64,000 bases of DNA from Lophium mytilinum (taxonomy: Eukaryota). The notes under the pieces were generated by a model, which was not told where the DNA came from, made no database searches, and saw only the letters and a program-made list of their open reading frames with translations. Both the position numbers and the translations under genes were made by a program. Every line of letters starts with the position of its first letter. The first letter of the stretch is position 1. Below are positions 37,846 to 50,000 of this stretch, piece by piece. The DNA is taken from the NCBI GenBank assembly GCA_010093605.1, contig MU004201.1, forward strand, positions 501,106 through 565,105, given 5' to 3'.

Positions 37846-38514
37846 AAGCTTAAGAGAGGAGGCTCTAAAGGGCTTAAATAGGCATGCCCCCCGGGATACT
37901 AAGGGGCGTAATATGCGTTTAAAGATTTAATAATTTACTAAATTCTATAATTTATACTACTTATTGCATTTTACTACGTTCTTTATTAATGCTAGAACTA
38001 AGAGATCCGTTATTAAAAGTTTTAATATTAACATTATTTTAGATAATTGCATTAATTACAACTAGTTTATTAAAGATATTAGATTTTTCTATAGGTAGTT
38101 AAGCCTACTAAGCTAAGGTAACTATTAAGTTTCAATGTATAAGGTTTAGTAGAAAAGGTACTCTAGAGCACCTTCCGGATATATTTTACTATAATAATCC
38201 TTCCGCAGGTTTACCTATGGAACGGATTAACGCAGCACTTAAGTATAAACAGGGTCGCTCTTTCCGTCTAAATTAGGGGAAGGTGCAATTATATTCATAC
38301 GTAAATAAAGCGTACACTTAAGTATAAATAGAGTCGCTCCTTCCGTTTATATTAAGGGAAGGTACAACCATGTTTATACTTAAGTAAAGCGTAAAATGCA
38401 TGTTTATTTACATATAGATAGTAGAGAAGGTGCAACTTATAATATTAAAAACTATAAGTTCGTCCTTGTCTCCTAACCTTTTCAACCAGCATTAGACGTC
38501 CTAAAATCTTCAAA

Positions 38515-39446
38515 ATGTCTGTTTCCACGCTCTCGGCCGCGCAACTTCTTGCTGCAGTGCAGCAGATTACAACCGCGCCCAATTTTGCGATTAAAAATCG
38601 CCATCTCACTGCCGCCGAACTCGCCGCCCTCCGCGCCAACCCACCAGTTTGGCCAACCGCGCCCGTCTTCTCGCCGTTTGCGAGTACCCATAATAGGTAT
38701 TCACAAGGTATATACTAGTTTGTTATTCTTCTTATACTTAAATGTCTTTTAATTTATGCCTCTAAGATCTTTTCAAACCTAAACATTCACATATTTGCGC
38801 TTTCCAAGTTCCTTTTAATGGCAGTTCTAATTTAGACATTGTTGCACTTCCTTCTTCCAGCGTAAACATTCCCATATTCACGCCTTCCAAAGTTTAGGCA
38901 TTGTTGCGCTTTTCTTTTCAAACCTAGACATTTTTATATCTGCGCTTTCCAAGTTCTGCTTCAACTCTTTCTTCCAAGAATTCTAGTACATACTTTAGGC
39001 ATTTTGAAGATTTACTGACATGCCCATGCTTTAGTTCGTGTCGCTGGCACCGGCACAAAATTTTTGTGTCATAGAATCACCTATGCACAGATGCATGGGG
39101 CACTTGGGGCTGGGCTGGATGCCAGCCATGCGATGTACCTGGGAAAGAGGACATCATCGCAAGCTAGCTGTCCAGTCTGGAAAGCCTTCCCCAGTATTAA
39201 CATTTCAATAGAAACATCAACCCGCGACATTTAGTCGCCGAGACCAATGCGACCAACCAGTCGCGCAAACTCTGCTTCCTGTTTATGGAAGAAATGCTCT
39301 GGCGCTGGGAGGTGGGCCTCGTGGGAGCTCACTGGTGGAGCAAAACTGACCTGAAGAATTATCTTCAGCAGTTGAATGGCGCTTGTGCCATTATTCATAA
39401 TCATAGGTGCGAGTGCGAGCCCAGCTTGTGGGAGGAGATGGACTAG
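38515..39446 (+). CDS. His-Cys box / His-Me finger (I-PpoI-like) endonuclease-like protein, 183 aa, 3 exons (38515-38707, 39035-39158, 39212-39446)
   Basis: The spliced frame is open: …YSQVRVAGTGTKFLCHRITYAQMHGALGAGLDASHAMYLGKRTSSNINPRHLVAETNATNQSRKLC…NGACAIIHNHRCEC. Intron 1 is GT..CTGAC..AG and intron 2 is a 53-nt GC..AG; phases are compatible. Gln and Trp codons are unmutated. Confidence 0.75.
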
Positions 39447-39696
39447 TGGACATTTGATAGATTCTGAGCGACTAATAATTTGAATACTGTTGCATTTTCA
39501 CACTTCACTGTCTATTGCAAGTATACTTATCCCTCTAATTTCTTAGAGGGCCCGACTATATCTTAAGCAAAGTTTTATATAAAAAACTTCACCCACTTAT
39601 ACTTAGTTTGTAAACGTTCCTTATATTTTTAGTAATAAAAACTTAGAGGCTTTGCTGCGGATTGCCTATATTTACTTCTATATAAAGTCGAAGAAG

Positions 39697-39956
39697 TGTT
39701 AAAGGTATAGAGTCGATGGGAGAATAGATAGATAGATAGATAGGAATTGTATTGCTTGAGTTCTATTCTACATTAATAGTAACAGAGTTGGATATATACA
39801 GCATTTAATGCATTGTAAAACGTTTCTCTAGCGTTCTTGTAACGTTATCTAACGTTTATTGTATTACGTTTAAACGCTTACGGTTTCGTTCTATTTAAAG
39901 GCTTTTGAGCCTATTATGCGTAAGAATATAACGCTTATACTATTATAGAATTTACA
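39697..39956 (-). repeat. Copia 3' LTR
   Basis: TG…CA termini, near-identical to 54539-54801; purine run AGGGGA precedes it on the minus strand. Confidence 0.85.
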
Positions 39957-39999
39957 CAGTCCCCTAAGGGTTATATCCTTATTTTTAAAATTCTTTTTT

Positions 40000-40026
40000 A
40001 AATAGATAGAGAGATAGGCGGATAGG

Positions 40027-40124
<98 letters not shown>

Positions 40125-40134
40125 NNNNNNNNNN

Positions 40135-40230
<96 letters not shown>

Positions 40231-40326
40231 ATACTAATGAATTGGTAAGTAGATGCATAGGTATATAAAGAGCGATGAATTAGTAAATAGATAGAAAGAT
40301 AGATAAATAGATAGATAAATAAATAA

Positions 40327-40404
<78 letters not shown>

Positions 40405-40600
40405 GATTTTTCTTTTTTGCATAGATAGATAGATAGATAGATAGATGATTTTTCTTCTTTGCATAGATAGATAGATAGATAGATGATTTTTCTTCTTTGC
40501 ATAGATAGATAGATAGATAGAATCTATGTATCTATGTATTTCCGTAATAGAGTTATATCTATATATCTATGTATCTATGTATCTATATAGATAGATTTCT
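40000..40600. repeat. (GATA)n array in the Copia 3' UTR with N gap
   Basis: Direct reading; N10 gap at 40125-40134. Confidence 0.95.
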
Positions 40601-42872
40601 ATCTATACGTTTATATTTATTTAGTGTCTAATCTTATGTAGTCTACTATTTTAGCAAAACTACTTCCTACTAATGGTTTAGTAAATATATTAGCTATTTG
40701 CTACTTTATAATAAGGTAAGCTAGCTTTATTAAGCCGTTTCGAACGTTTTCTCTTATAAAGTGATATTGTATATCAATATCTTTAGTTTTTGAGTAATGT
40801 TTGGGATTATTAGCTAGTTCTATAGCTGACTAACTATCTGTAAATAGATAGAAGTCTTCTTTATTTTTAATTTAAAGTTGTTTTAATATACTTATTAAGT
40901 ATATATATTCTTGTATAGTTTCTTTTAGTACCATATATTTAGATTCGCAACTAGATAGTGCTATAGATTTCTATAGTTTACTATTCTAGCTAATAGGTGT
41001 TTTTCTATAGGAAAAGTAATATCCTATAGTAGATTTTCTTCCTAATATATCACCCCTATAATCTGCATTAAAATAGCCTAATATATAAGGTGCAGGATCA
41101 TTAGAAGAAAATTTAACGCTTAGTCCTTGCGTAGGCTTATATAATAAGTATTTCCATATCCTTTCTAAAGCTTTAAAGTGAATAGGACTGGGATTAGATA
41201 TAAAATAAGCGCGTAGATTTACGCTATAGGCTATATCTAGTCTTGTTTTTATAGATAGATAGATAAGACTTCTAACTTATTATTAGTATAGTTTTATATC
41301 CTCTTTTAATGCCTGTTTATTGTTTTTCTCTAGTTTTATACCTATTTCTCCTAGTATAGAAACAGGATTTAGTTTCTCTTTATTAAATCCTTTTAAGAGA
41401 CTTTTTATATACTTTTTCTAGCTTAGTAATAGGGTTCTTTCCTTTCCATTACATATTATTTCCATATCTAGAAAATAGGATATAGGGCCTAGGTTTATTA
41501 ATTCTGAGTCTTTACTTAGTTTTAATTATAGATTTTCTATATCTTTTATATTTAGGCTAAATACTAATAAATTATCTACGTAGTAGACTATTATTATATT
41601 TAATTGCGTATATCTAAATACTACTTAGTCTATAATAGTAGTTTTAAAACTATACTTCTCTAGATAAGTAGCTAGATGTATATATATACTACTATCTAGA
41701 TAATTGTTTTAAGCTATATAAGGCTTTATTTAGTTTATAGACTTTATTATCTTTACTAAAACTATGTAGTTGTTTTACGTATAGTTTTTTATCTAACCCT
41801 GCATGCGTAAATGCGTTTTTAAAGTCCTATTATATTATTTCCTAGTTATAATAAGTAGCTATTATAAGTAAGAGCCTATATATTTCTAGGCGGTAGATAT
41901 TTGCAAAGGTTTCTTTATAATCTATGCTATAAGTTTAGCTAAGATCTTTTACTACCTATCTTGCCTTACATTTAGATATATTATTATCTATATTAGTTTT
42001 AATTTTACAGACCCAGCATCCTTTTAACGCATTTCTATTTACTAGTAAGTCTACTAACTTCTAGGTATTTTACTTATTAAGCTATTCTATTTCTATTTAC
42101 ATAGCTTCTATCTATTTATTATTATATAGAGATTCTATAGCTTGTTTATATATATTTGGCCTGTTATTATTATTAATAATAAAGGCTAATTCATCTTTAG
42201 ATAGATCCTCTGTGTATGCATTTATAGATAATTAAGTTTAGTTTCTATCTATATATGTATTTAATATAATAATTATACCTGGTTTTCATCTATGTATCTA
42301 TTTATCAAATTTGGATTTTATGTATATCTTTAAGTAGATTGATTTTTTAATGGTTTTATAGCTAATTTATCTTTAGATAAGCTTTTATCTATAATAGTAT
42401 TATTACTACTTTTATTTCTAATAGTATTATTACTACTTATTATATTATTGTCTATATTTCTATGTTCTTTTAGTGGCTTTATAGTATATTCTATAGAGCT
42501 TTCCGTTTTATTTACTTTATTCTTTATATTTAGAAAGCTTTCTATTATAATTATATCTCTTGCCTAGAAGATTTTGTAAGTTTCTAGATCTAATAATCTA
42601 TACGCATTTAAACTATAGCCTAATATTATAGCCTTTTTAGCTCTTAGTTCTAATTTAGTTATTTGCGTTTTAACCTTATAATAAGCTGTAAAGCTAAAGA
42701 TTTTAATATTATCTATTTTAGCTTTTCTTTTATAATATAGCTTAAATAGCGTTTTATCTTTTAAGCTAGAGTGCGGCGTTCTATTATATATATATACGGC
42801 CGCATTTACAGCTTCTCCCTATAGATTAAAAGGTAATTTAGCTATATATAATAGAGCCCTTACTATATAAAA

Positions 42873-45667
42873 GGCCGGTGCTAGATAGCCGACCCCTTTT
42901 TACTATTCGGCCGATGCCGTATTTCTAAGCCTACGCACCTACCTAAGGACCTTTTACCGCGTTCTAATTAGCTTAGAGGGCTTAGAGGAAGCTCCGGCCC
43001 TTTACTTAATATATATGCAGTCTTCCCGTTTAATATATAGGCTGTATAGCCTTACTATTTAGTATATATCTATATATCTATATGCCTACCTGCCTATAAG
43101 AATGCCTAAACCGTTAATTTTACATCTAATAGAGGCCCTCTCTCTATTACCGCTAGCCTATAAGTACCTATATAAAGTCCTTATTAATAAGATCCTCTAT
43201 ATACTTATTAAAATCCTTATTAGCCGCCTTATAAGCTGCCTTATAAGGCTGCGGTAGGGCTGTTAACTGCGCTATGCTTCCTGCGACAGGTTGTAAACCC
43301 CGTACCTGCGCTTCTAGTAGGGCAATCTTCCGCTTAAGGTCTACCTTTATATTCACACATTACTTCTTAGTAGAAGGGCCTAGTATTAAGTTTTTTAGTA
43401 GCCTGCCGCGCTTTCTAGGCTACTAAGTAGCTGTTAACGCAGCTATTAACGCTGTAGTACTCTTAGTAGTTACCTATTAACCTAAACCCTCTATATTTAG
43501 CTGCGCAGGTATTATTATAGGCTCTTGCTATATGCCCGCTAGTCGGCTGCCGCGCCTACTTCTACTAAGAGCTGCACGGGCTCTATTTACTAGATTATTT
43601 TACTCTATAATTTTAAATCCTAAGGGCTCTTATTAAGTAGAGTAGTTAGGCGTCTTTCTAGCTAGCCGCCCCTTATATTATTATATAACTTAAGGCTATT
43701 AGATAAGAAGTAGAGGGTTAATAGGGGGTAGCTTAGACGTAGGCGCTAGCTTAGTATAAGGCTGTATTAATAGCTAGTATCTATTAATTAATTCTAGTAT
43801 AGTCTTATAGACGTTTATTACTATATAGTATAATTCTTAGTATAGTTTATAATAGTAGAGTATACTATAGGTACTCTAGATTTACTAGAGTATATAGTAG
43901 TAAACTAATTCTTCTTAGCTAGCTAGAGCTACTTTTAAAGTAGCTATAGCCTCTAAGATATTACCTTACCTATAAGGTATTTAAATTTAGGTAGATTAAG
44001 GCTAAAAGGTATACTTTATAAGCTCTATATGCGGTTATTATTAAGCTTATTATACTACCTATAGATAAGGTTATCTATAGAGCTTACTATATTATAGAGG
44101 TCTTCTCTAGTATTCTATAAGCGCTTCTTTAGATAGCTATATAAGCCCTCTAAATGCAATATTACTATATTACTATAGTAAAGGTACTTTCTAATCTAAT
44201 AGTTAGAAAATTAAGTCTAGTATAGTGCCTACTTATCTATAAGGTAGCTAGCTAGAAGCGGTTTAATTAGTATATACTTATTAATTAGTTTCTTCTAGCC
44301 GGCTATAAAGTTGTTAATAAATTTAACCTATAGAAGCTTATTCTAGGCGTATAGAAACTTAGTATAATTAGCTTCTACTACCTTAAGCTAATCTAGTATT
44401 AGCTCTTCTTCTTCTTTATATATTTCTAGTGCAGTAAGTAAATACTATTTATTCTTCTTCTATAACTCTATAGCTTTTAATCTAATATTCTTTATAATAT
44501 ACTATCTATATAAAACCTATTTAACGCTAGAAAAATACTATATAAGCGCGTTCTTTAGAGCCTTCTCTTTATCTATAATAAATATATAAGGTATAATATC
44601 TAGTTAGTAATAGAGGTCTATAAGAGCCTATATAATAAAGAGATAATTAGGTTCTATTTTACTAGCTAAGAACGTGTAGCCTATTTTATAGTTCTAGTTA
44701 GAGAATATAACTCTAGTTATATATAATATTAGTATAAGGAAATAATTTATTTTATATATATAATCTAGAAGTAGAATATCTAGATTCTTCTTAAATATTT
44801 TAAGGCTATTAGGATAAATAAAGAAGAGGTAAGTAACGCGTTGTATATTATCTAGAAGAAAGCTATAGTTATACTTCTTACCGCCTAGACCTCTATATAT
44901 TTCTAGCTATTAGAGGAGCGCCTATATAGGCGTAAGGCTACTAAGTTTCTTCTTTTTATATCTATATTTCTTATTATATATATCCTTTATATTAATTTTT
45001 TACCTAGTAAGTAGAAGGCTATTAAGGATTATATCTAGTTAAATATTAGAGTTAATCTAATAATATATTTCTACTACTATAGAGGGCGTGCGCTTCTAAT
45101 AAATAGCCGGCAGGCTATTATCTAGAAACAGCTTATAATTATACTTAGTATAGCCTTCTATAGTAGTATAGTAGTACTTACTAGAGCTATTAACTACCTA
45201 TATATTACTAAGAAACTAGTAGTTAGTATACTTTAAAAACTTATTCTATATATATAATAGCTTTAGATTAGATAGTTTACTACTATAATTATATTAAATA
45301 GTAATCTATTAAAGTTCTTCCTTACTATTTTTATATAAGCGCCAACGGATAATTCTATAGCCCTCTTTTATTGCATGCCAGTTAATAGACTAAAGCGCAG
45401 CCTTAATATTAATATAGAAGTAATTAGGTGGCGGCCTTAGCTCTATAAGTAGTTTCTCTATAGTATTAAAGGAGGTAGAGAAGGTAGAGAAGTAGACTAT
45501 TAAGTATATAAACGTATAAATTTAGAATCTATCTATACTCTAGAGGAGCCGGCCCAATAAGTAAGCTAATTAGAACGCGGTAAAAGGTTCTTAGGTAGGT
45601 GCGTAGGCTAAATAGAAATACAGCATCGGCCGAATAGTAAAAAGGGGTCGGCTACCTAGCACCGGCC
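42873..45667 (-). mobile_element. Mutator-like (MULE) DNA transposon inserted in the Copia integrase
   Basis: About 55-bp TIRs GGCCGGTGCTAG…GACCCCTTTTTACTATTCGGCCGATG; approximate 8-bp TSD ATATAAAA/ATATTAAA. Minus ORF RVTYLFFIYPNSL…ILLLDYIYKINK is the RIP form of LLDCTYKTNK. LEGLYSYLKK and a SWIM-like remnant follow. Confidence 0.9.
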
Positions 45668-47040
45668 ATATTAAATATAGTTAAGTTAATTTACTATATT
45701 AAGCTATTTTATTCCGGCATATAGAGGCTTAAGAATTAATAGGTTATACCTATTTTTAAAAGAGTTACTTTAAACTTCTTATTTATATATTCTCCCCTAT
45801 TATTAGTTTTAAAGATTTATATCTTTCTTTTATCCTCTATACTTTTAGTCTTAGCTTTATATCCTAGAAAGGCGTTATAAGTTTTATCTTTAGATTTTAA
45901 TAGTTTATATTCTAAATATCTATCTTAAAGCTATATCTATAAAGAAGATAATATATTTATTACCCCCTAAACTAGGTGGATTTATAGGCCCTGCTAAATC
46001 TAAAAAGACTTTTTTTAAAGAAATTACTATTTTTAGTATTATTTCCTTACTTCTCTTATTTTTTATTATTTTAGCTTTTATATAAGCTTTATATTATATA
46101 GATTCTTTTATAGTTATACCTAATAGTATACTAAGCTTTCTAGCGCTTATATAGCCTATTCTTTAGTGCTAAATAGATAGATTATTTCTATCTATATATA
46201 TATTTATTAAATTGCTTTTATCTATCTCTTTATATATTTAGTTTCTAAAAAGTGTTGTATTTTCTATATTTATATAATATAAAGAGTCTTTAAGCATTAC
46301 TATTACTAGTATAGTATTATTCTTATATATAGCAGCTATTTTATTTTTAAATATAATATTTATTTTTATAGAATCTAGTTTACTTATAGATATTAGATTA
46401 TATCTAAAGTAAGGTATAAAAAGGTACTTTTCTAGTAGAAATATATTCCTATTTAGTTTTAATTATACATTTCCTACACCTTCTACAGTTATAGTTTTAT
46501 TTTCTCCCTAATTTAATATAGTAGCTTACTCTTTATAGCTAGTAAATAGCTTTCTATCTACTATTATATAGCTTGTGCTCCTGGAGTCTAATATATAATT
46601 AGCTTTATTATTAGAAGTATAATAGGATGCTAGAAATATCTTTACTTTAGCTGCATCTAGATTTATATTAAAATCTCCCTAATTATTAGGGTTAGATTCC
46701 TCTATAATAAAGGATTCTTCCTTATTTTCTTTTAGTAGTTTAAATTATTCTTTAGCTCTAAACCACTTTAGTGCCCTTTTAGGAAATAAGTAGAAATAAT
46801 CCTAAATAAGGTGTATAGCTGTTTTGCACTTCTTATAGTATTGTTTTTCTATAATATTCTTATTTTTAGGTAAGAAGTTTTTAGTTCTATTAAATAGAGC
46901 CGTTTTATGCTCTTTAGACTCTTATCTCCTTACTTTATCTATTAAATTAGAGAACAAATTATCCAATTTAATATTAGATAAATTTTCCCTATAGGATTGC
47001 GTGACTATTATTATAAACCTATTATAGGGGTTTATTAAAT

Positions 47041-50000
47041 AGATATATTAACGCCGAAAACGATGCAATTAAATTTGCAGCACCTTGGAAATACAACCTA
47101 AGGAGGGCCCCTAGGGGCTACTTAAGGCCCTATAAACGTTTACACGCAGTATTAGAGCTCTACAAGCCATGCTAGCAGCGTTGTAGTAGAATCACGCATT
47201 GCAACCCCTATTGTGCAGCATTATTAACAACAACAACAATAATAATACCACCAATAACACCAATAACAACCCTAAAACTAAACCTACCAACTAAAGACTA
47301 AGTAGAACGTCTACGCCGACGTCTAAGCGCTTATTAAAGAAGCCTATAGTATACAGGACTCCCTATAGAATAAGCCTATATCTTCTAACCCCGAGATAAA
47401 TAACGCCTTTAAGCACCTCTAGAACTTCGCCGGGCGCGTACTAGCCAGCCTCTTAGGCACTGCGGAGGACCTATAATAAACGCCATAGAGGAAGATAATA
47501 AAGATAATAGAGGAAACGCGGAAGGGCGTATAGGCGCTGTCTGCACAAGAAACAACCTACGCAGTAGTAACGGCGGCAGGAAGAAATAGTAAGACTGCAG
47601 GAAATAGGGAGTATATAATGTAGACTACCTATAAAATCACCATATATATTAAGGACAAGAAGGAACGCGCCGCAATAAATAAGGACTTAAACGCAACTAT
47701 TACCTATAAGCTCTAAGTAGTAGAAGAGCCTAACACAATAAAGATCTACAGCGTTAGAAAGCTCTAGAGCGGAGATGTAAAGGCCTACGTGCCGGACGCA
47801 ACCGCTAAGGAAGCCCTAATAAAGAAGAAGGAATGGATAAAGGTTCTAGGCAAAACGGCATAAATCTAACTACCTAAGGTCCTCCTAGAGGTGCACGGAG
47901 TACCTAAAGAGACGGACCTAGAGGACCTAACACTACAAAGCAGCATTATATAAGATAATAAGGTACTATACCTAGGCCTAGCTATATACAAGATTACGTA
48001 GAAGCACCTAAATTAAATCCAGGCCATTAGAAACAACCCTAAACGGCGCGCCTCATCGGCTATAGTTACTATAGGCACGGAGGCAATAGTAAATAAGATT
48101 ATAGATAGCAGGCTAGCATAGAATAGATACATGCTAGAGGCTGTAAGGTATAAGGTAGGCTTTACAGCCACCTAATACTTCTAATGCCAGGGCTACGGGC
48201 ACGTCGCTAGACACTGCAAGAAGAAGGCGGTATGCGCGGCGTGCGCAGGAGCTCACAACACAAGATAATGCACGGAGAAGAGCATTAGAAAGTGCACTAA
48301 CTATAAGAGAAGCCACCTATTATATAGTGCGGCGTGCACTATAAGAAAGAATACTTAACTAAAAGCTAATATAAAGAGGTAGGCAGCACTAACCTACTAT
48401 AGGGCTAATAACAGCCCTAACAATAATACTAATAACACGCCGGGCATGGTAATATTCTAATCTACAATGGAATTACAAGCTCTTAACGCGGCGAGTAGGA
48501 AGAGGAAGGCCACTAAGAATAGCAACGCACTAGACGGCAGCACCCTAAGGAGAGTAGGACACCCCCCTACATCCGCTACATTTGCTACGCATAAGAACCC
48601 GAAACAACTAAAGATAAACGGAGTGCTACAGTCTACCTATACTACGCAGACTACCCAATTAATATATACTTCCCGTTTAATGCAGCAGCCTAACTATAAT
48701 AACCTGCAGCCTTACTATAACAGCCCGCAGCCTTTCTATAGAACCCCGCAGCCTACCCATAAAACGCTACACTACTCTTAGATAATAACCTACAGCGATA
48801 ACGCCGGACTATTGCAATTCAACGTAACTCAGATACCGTCCACCTAGAAAGAAGAGGCAGCGAGCTATTAGCTCTATGCTAAGGCCAGCCGGGCCGTAAT
48901 AAACAACCCTAAAGACTCTATAGATACCTAATATTAGGGCAACCTAATACACTTACTATTATACAGTATAATATTAACAAGAGCCGAGAGACCTAAAGGG
49001 AGTTCCTCGAGAAGGTAGAGGCGGCCTAGCCCTAGCCGTTGGTGCTAGCTATATAAGAACTATAGAAGAACACCTAGAAACACACCTTACTACGCATAAA
49101 ATTATACCACCTACTGCATAGAGGAAGCCTAAAAGCTAGGACATGCACGTATATTAATAAGTACCTAAACCCAGGCTAATAGACCGTAGAGCACTACTTA
49201 CCGGACCTTATTACCCTCTCCCTCTAGGCCGGGGGAGAGGACATTTAAATTCATAATATCTACAACCTAAAGCCACACGGGATTATAGCTACGCTGCCCC
49301 CTATACTATATAAGGAGGCAGAGTATATACTTATAGGCGACATAAACCTACACTACCCGTTCTAGGGAGGAATACGGGTAATTAGTGCAGAAAAGCAAGC
49401 TAAGGAGCTTATTCGCATTACAATAGAAGCAGGCCTAACCCTAGCTACGGAGGAGGGCATAGAAATGTAGGCAAGAGGAACGCAGTAGACTATAATTAAC
49501 CTTACATTTACATCTAAATAGCTAATAGAATGTATAACATCCTACACAGTTTAAAAGGAGTAGAACTATTACTTAGACCACCGCCCTATATACACGGAAT
49601 TTAATATTACACTACTACTAGCAACTAAATAGCCCCCACGCCGGCTATAGAAGAATATTATATAGAAGAACGTACAGAAGCACCTTATAGCCTAGCTAGT
49701 TAAGCTAGAAAACTAGAATAACCCCCTAGACAATAAAGAAGAAGAAGACCTAGATAACTTTATACGCATTCTCTACTAACTTATTAAAATTACTATTAAT
49801 GCTATAGTACTAATAGCACGGCCCTTACAGCACGCATTACTATCCTGGACCGAGGAGTGCTTAGAGGAGGTATATAAGACTAGGCGGGCGTATAGAATAT
49901 AGCGCTCGTTACGCTCTATAGAGGACTAAATATTATACTAGGTCTAGTGCAACCGCAAGAAAAGAGCTATACGGAAAGAGAGCACTAAGGCATAGCGCTG

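Noticed and set aside
37880..37910. GC hairpin GCCCC…GGGGC as a Helitron 3' end
   Set aside because: Short and imperfect, with no Rep/helicase remnant or clear CTRR terminus.
38000..39700. Group I intron or rDNA context for the endonuclease
   Set aside because: No rRNA sequence or group I core motifs recognised; the introns have spliceosomal signals.
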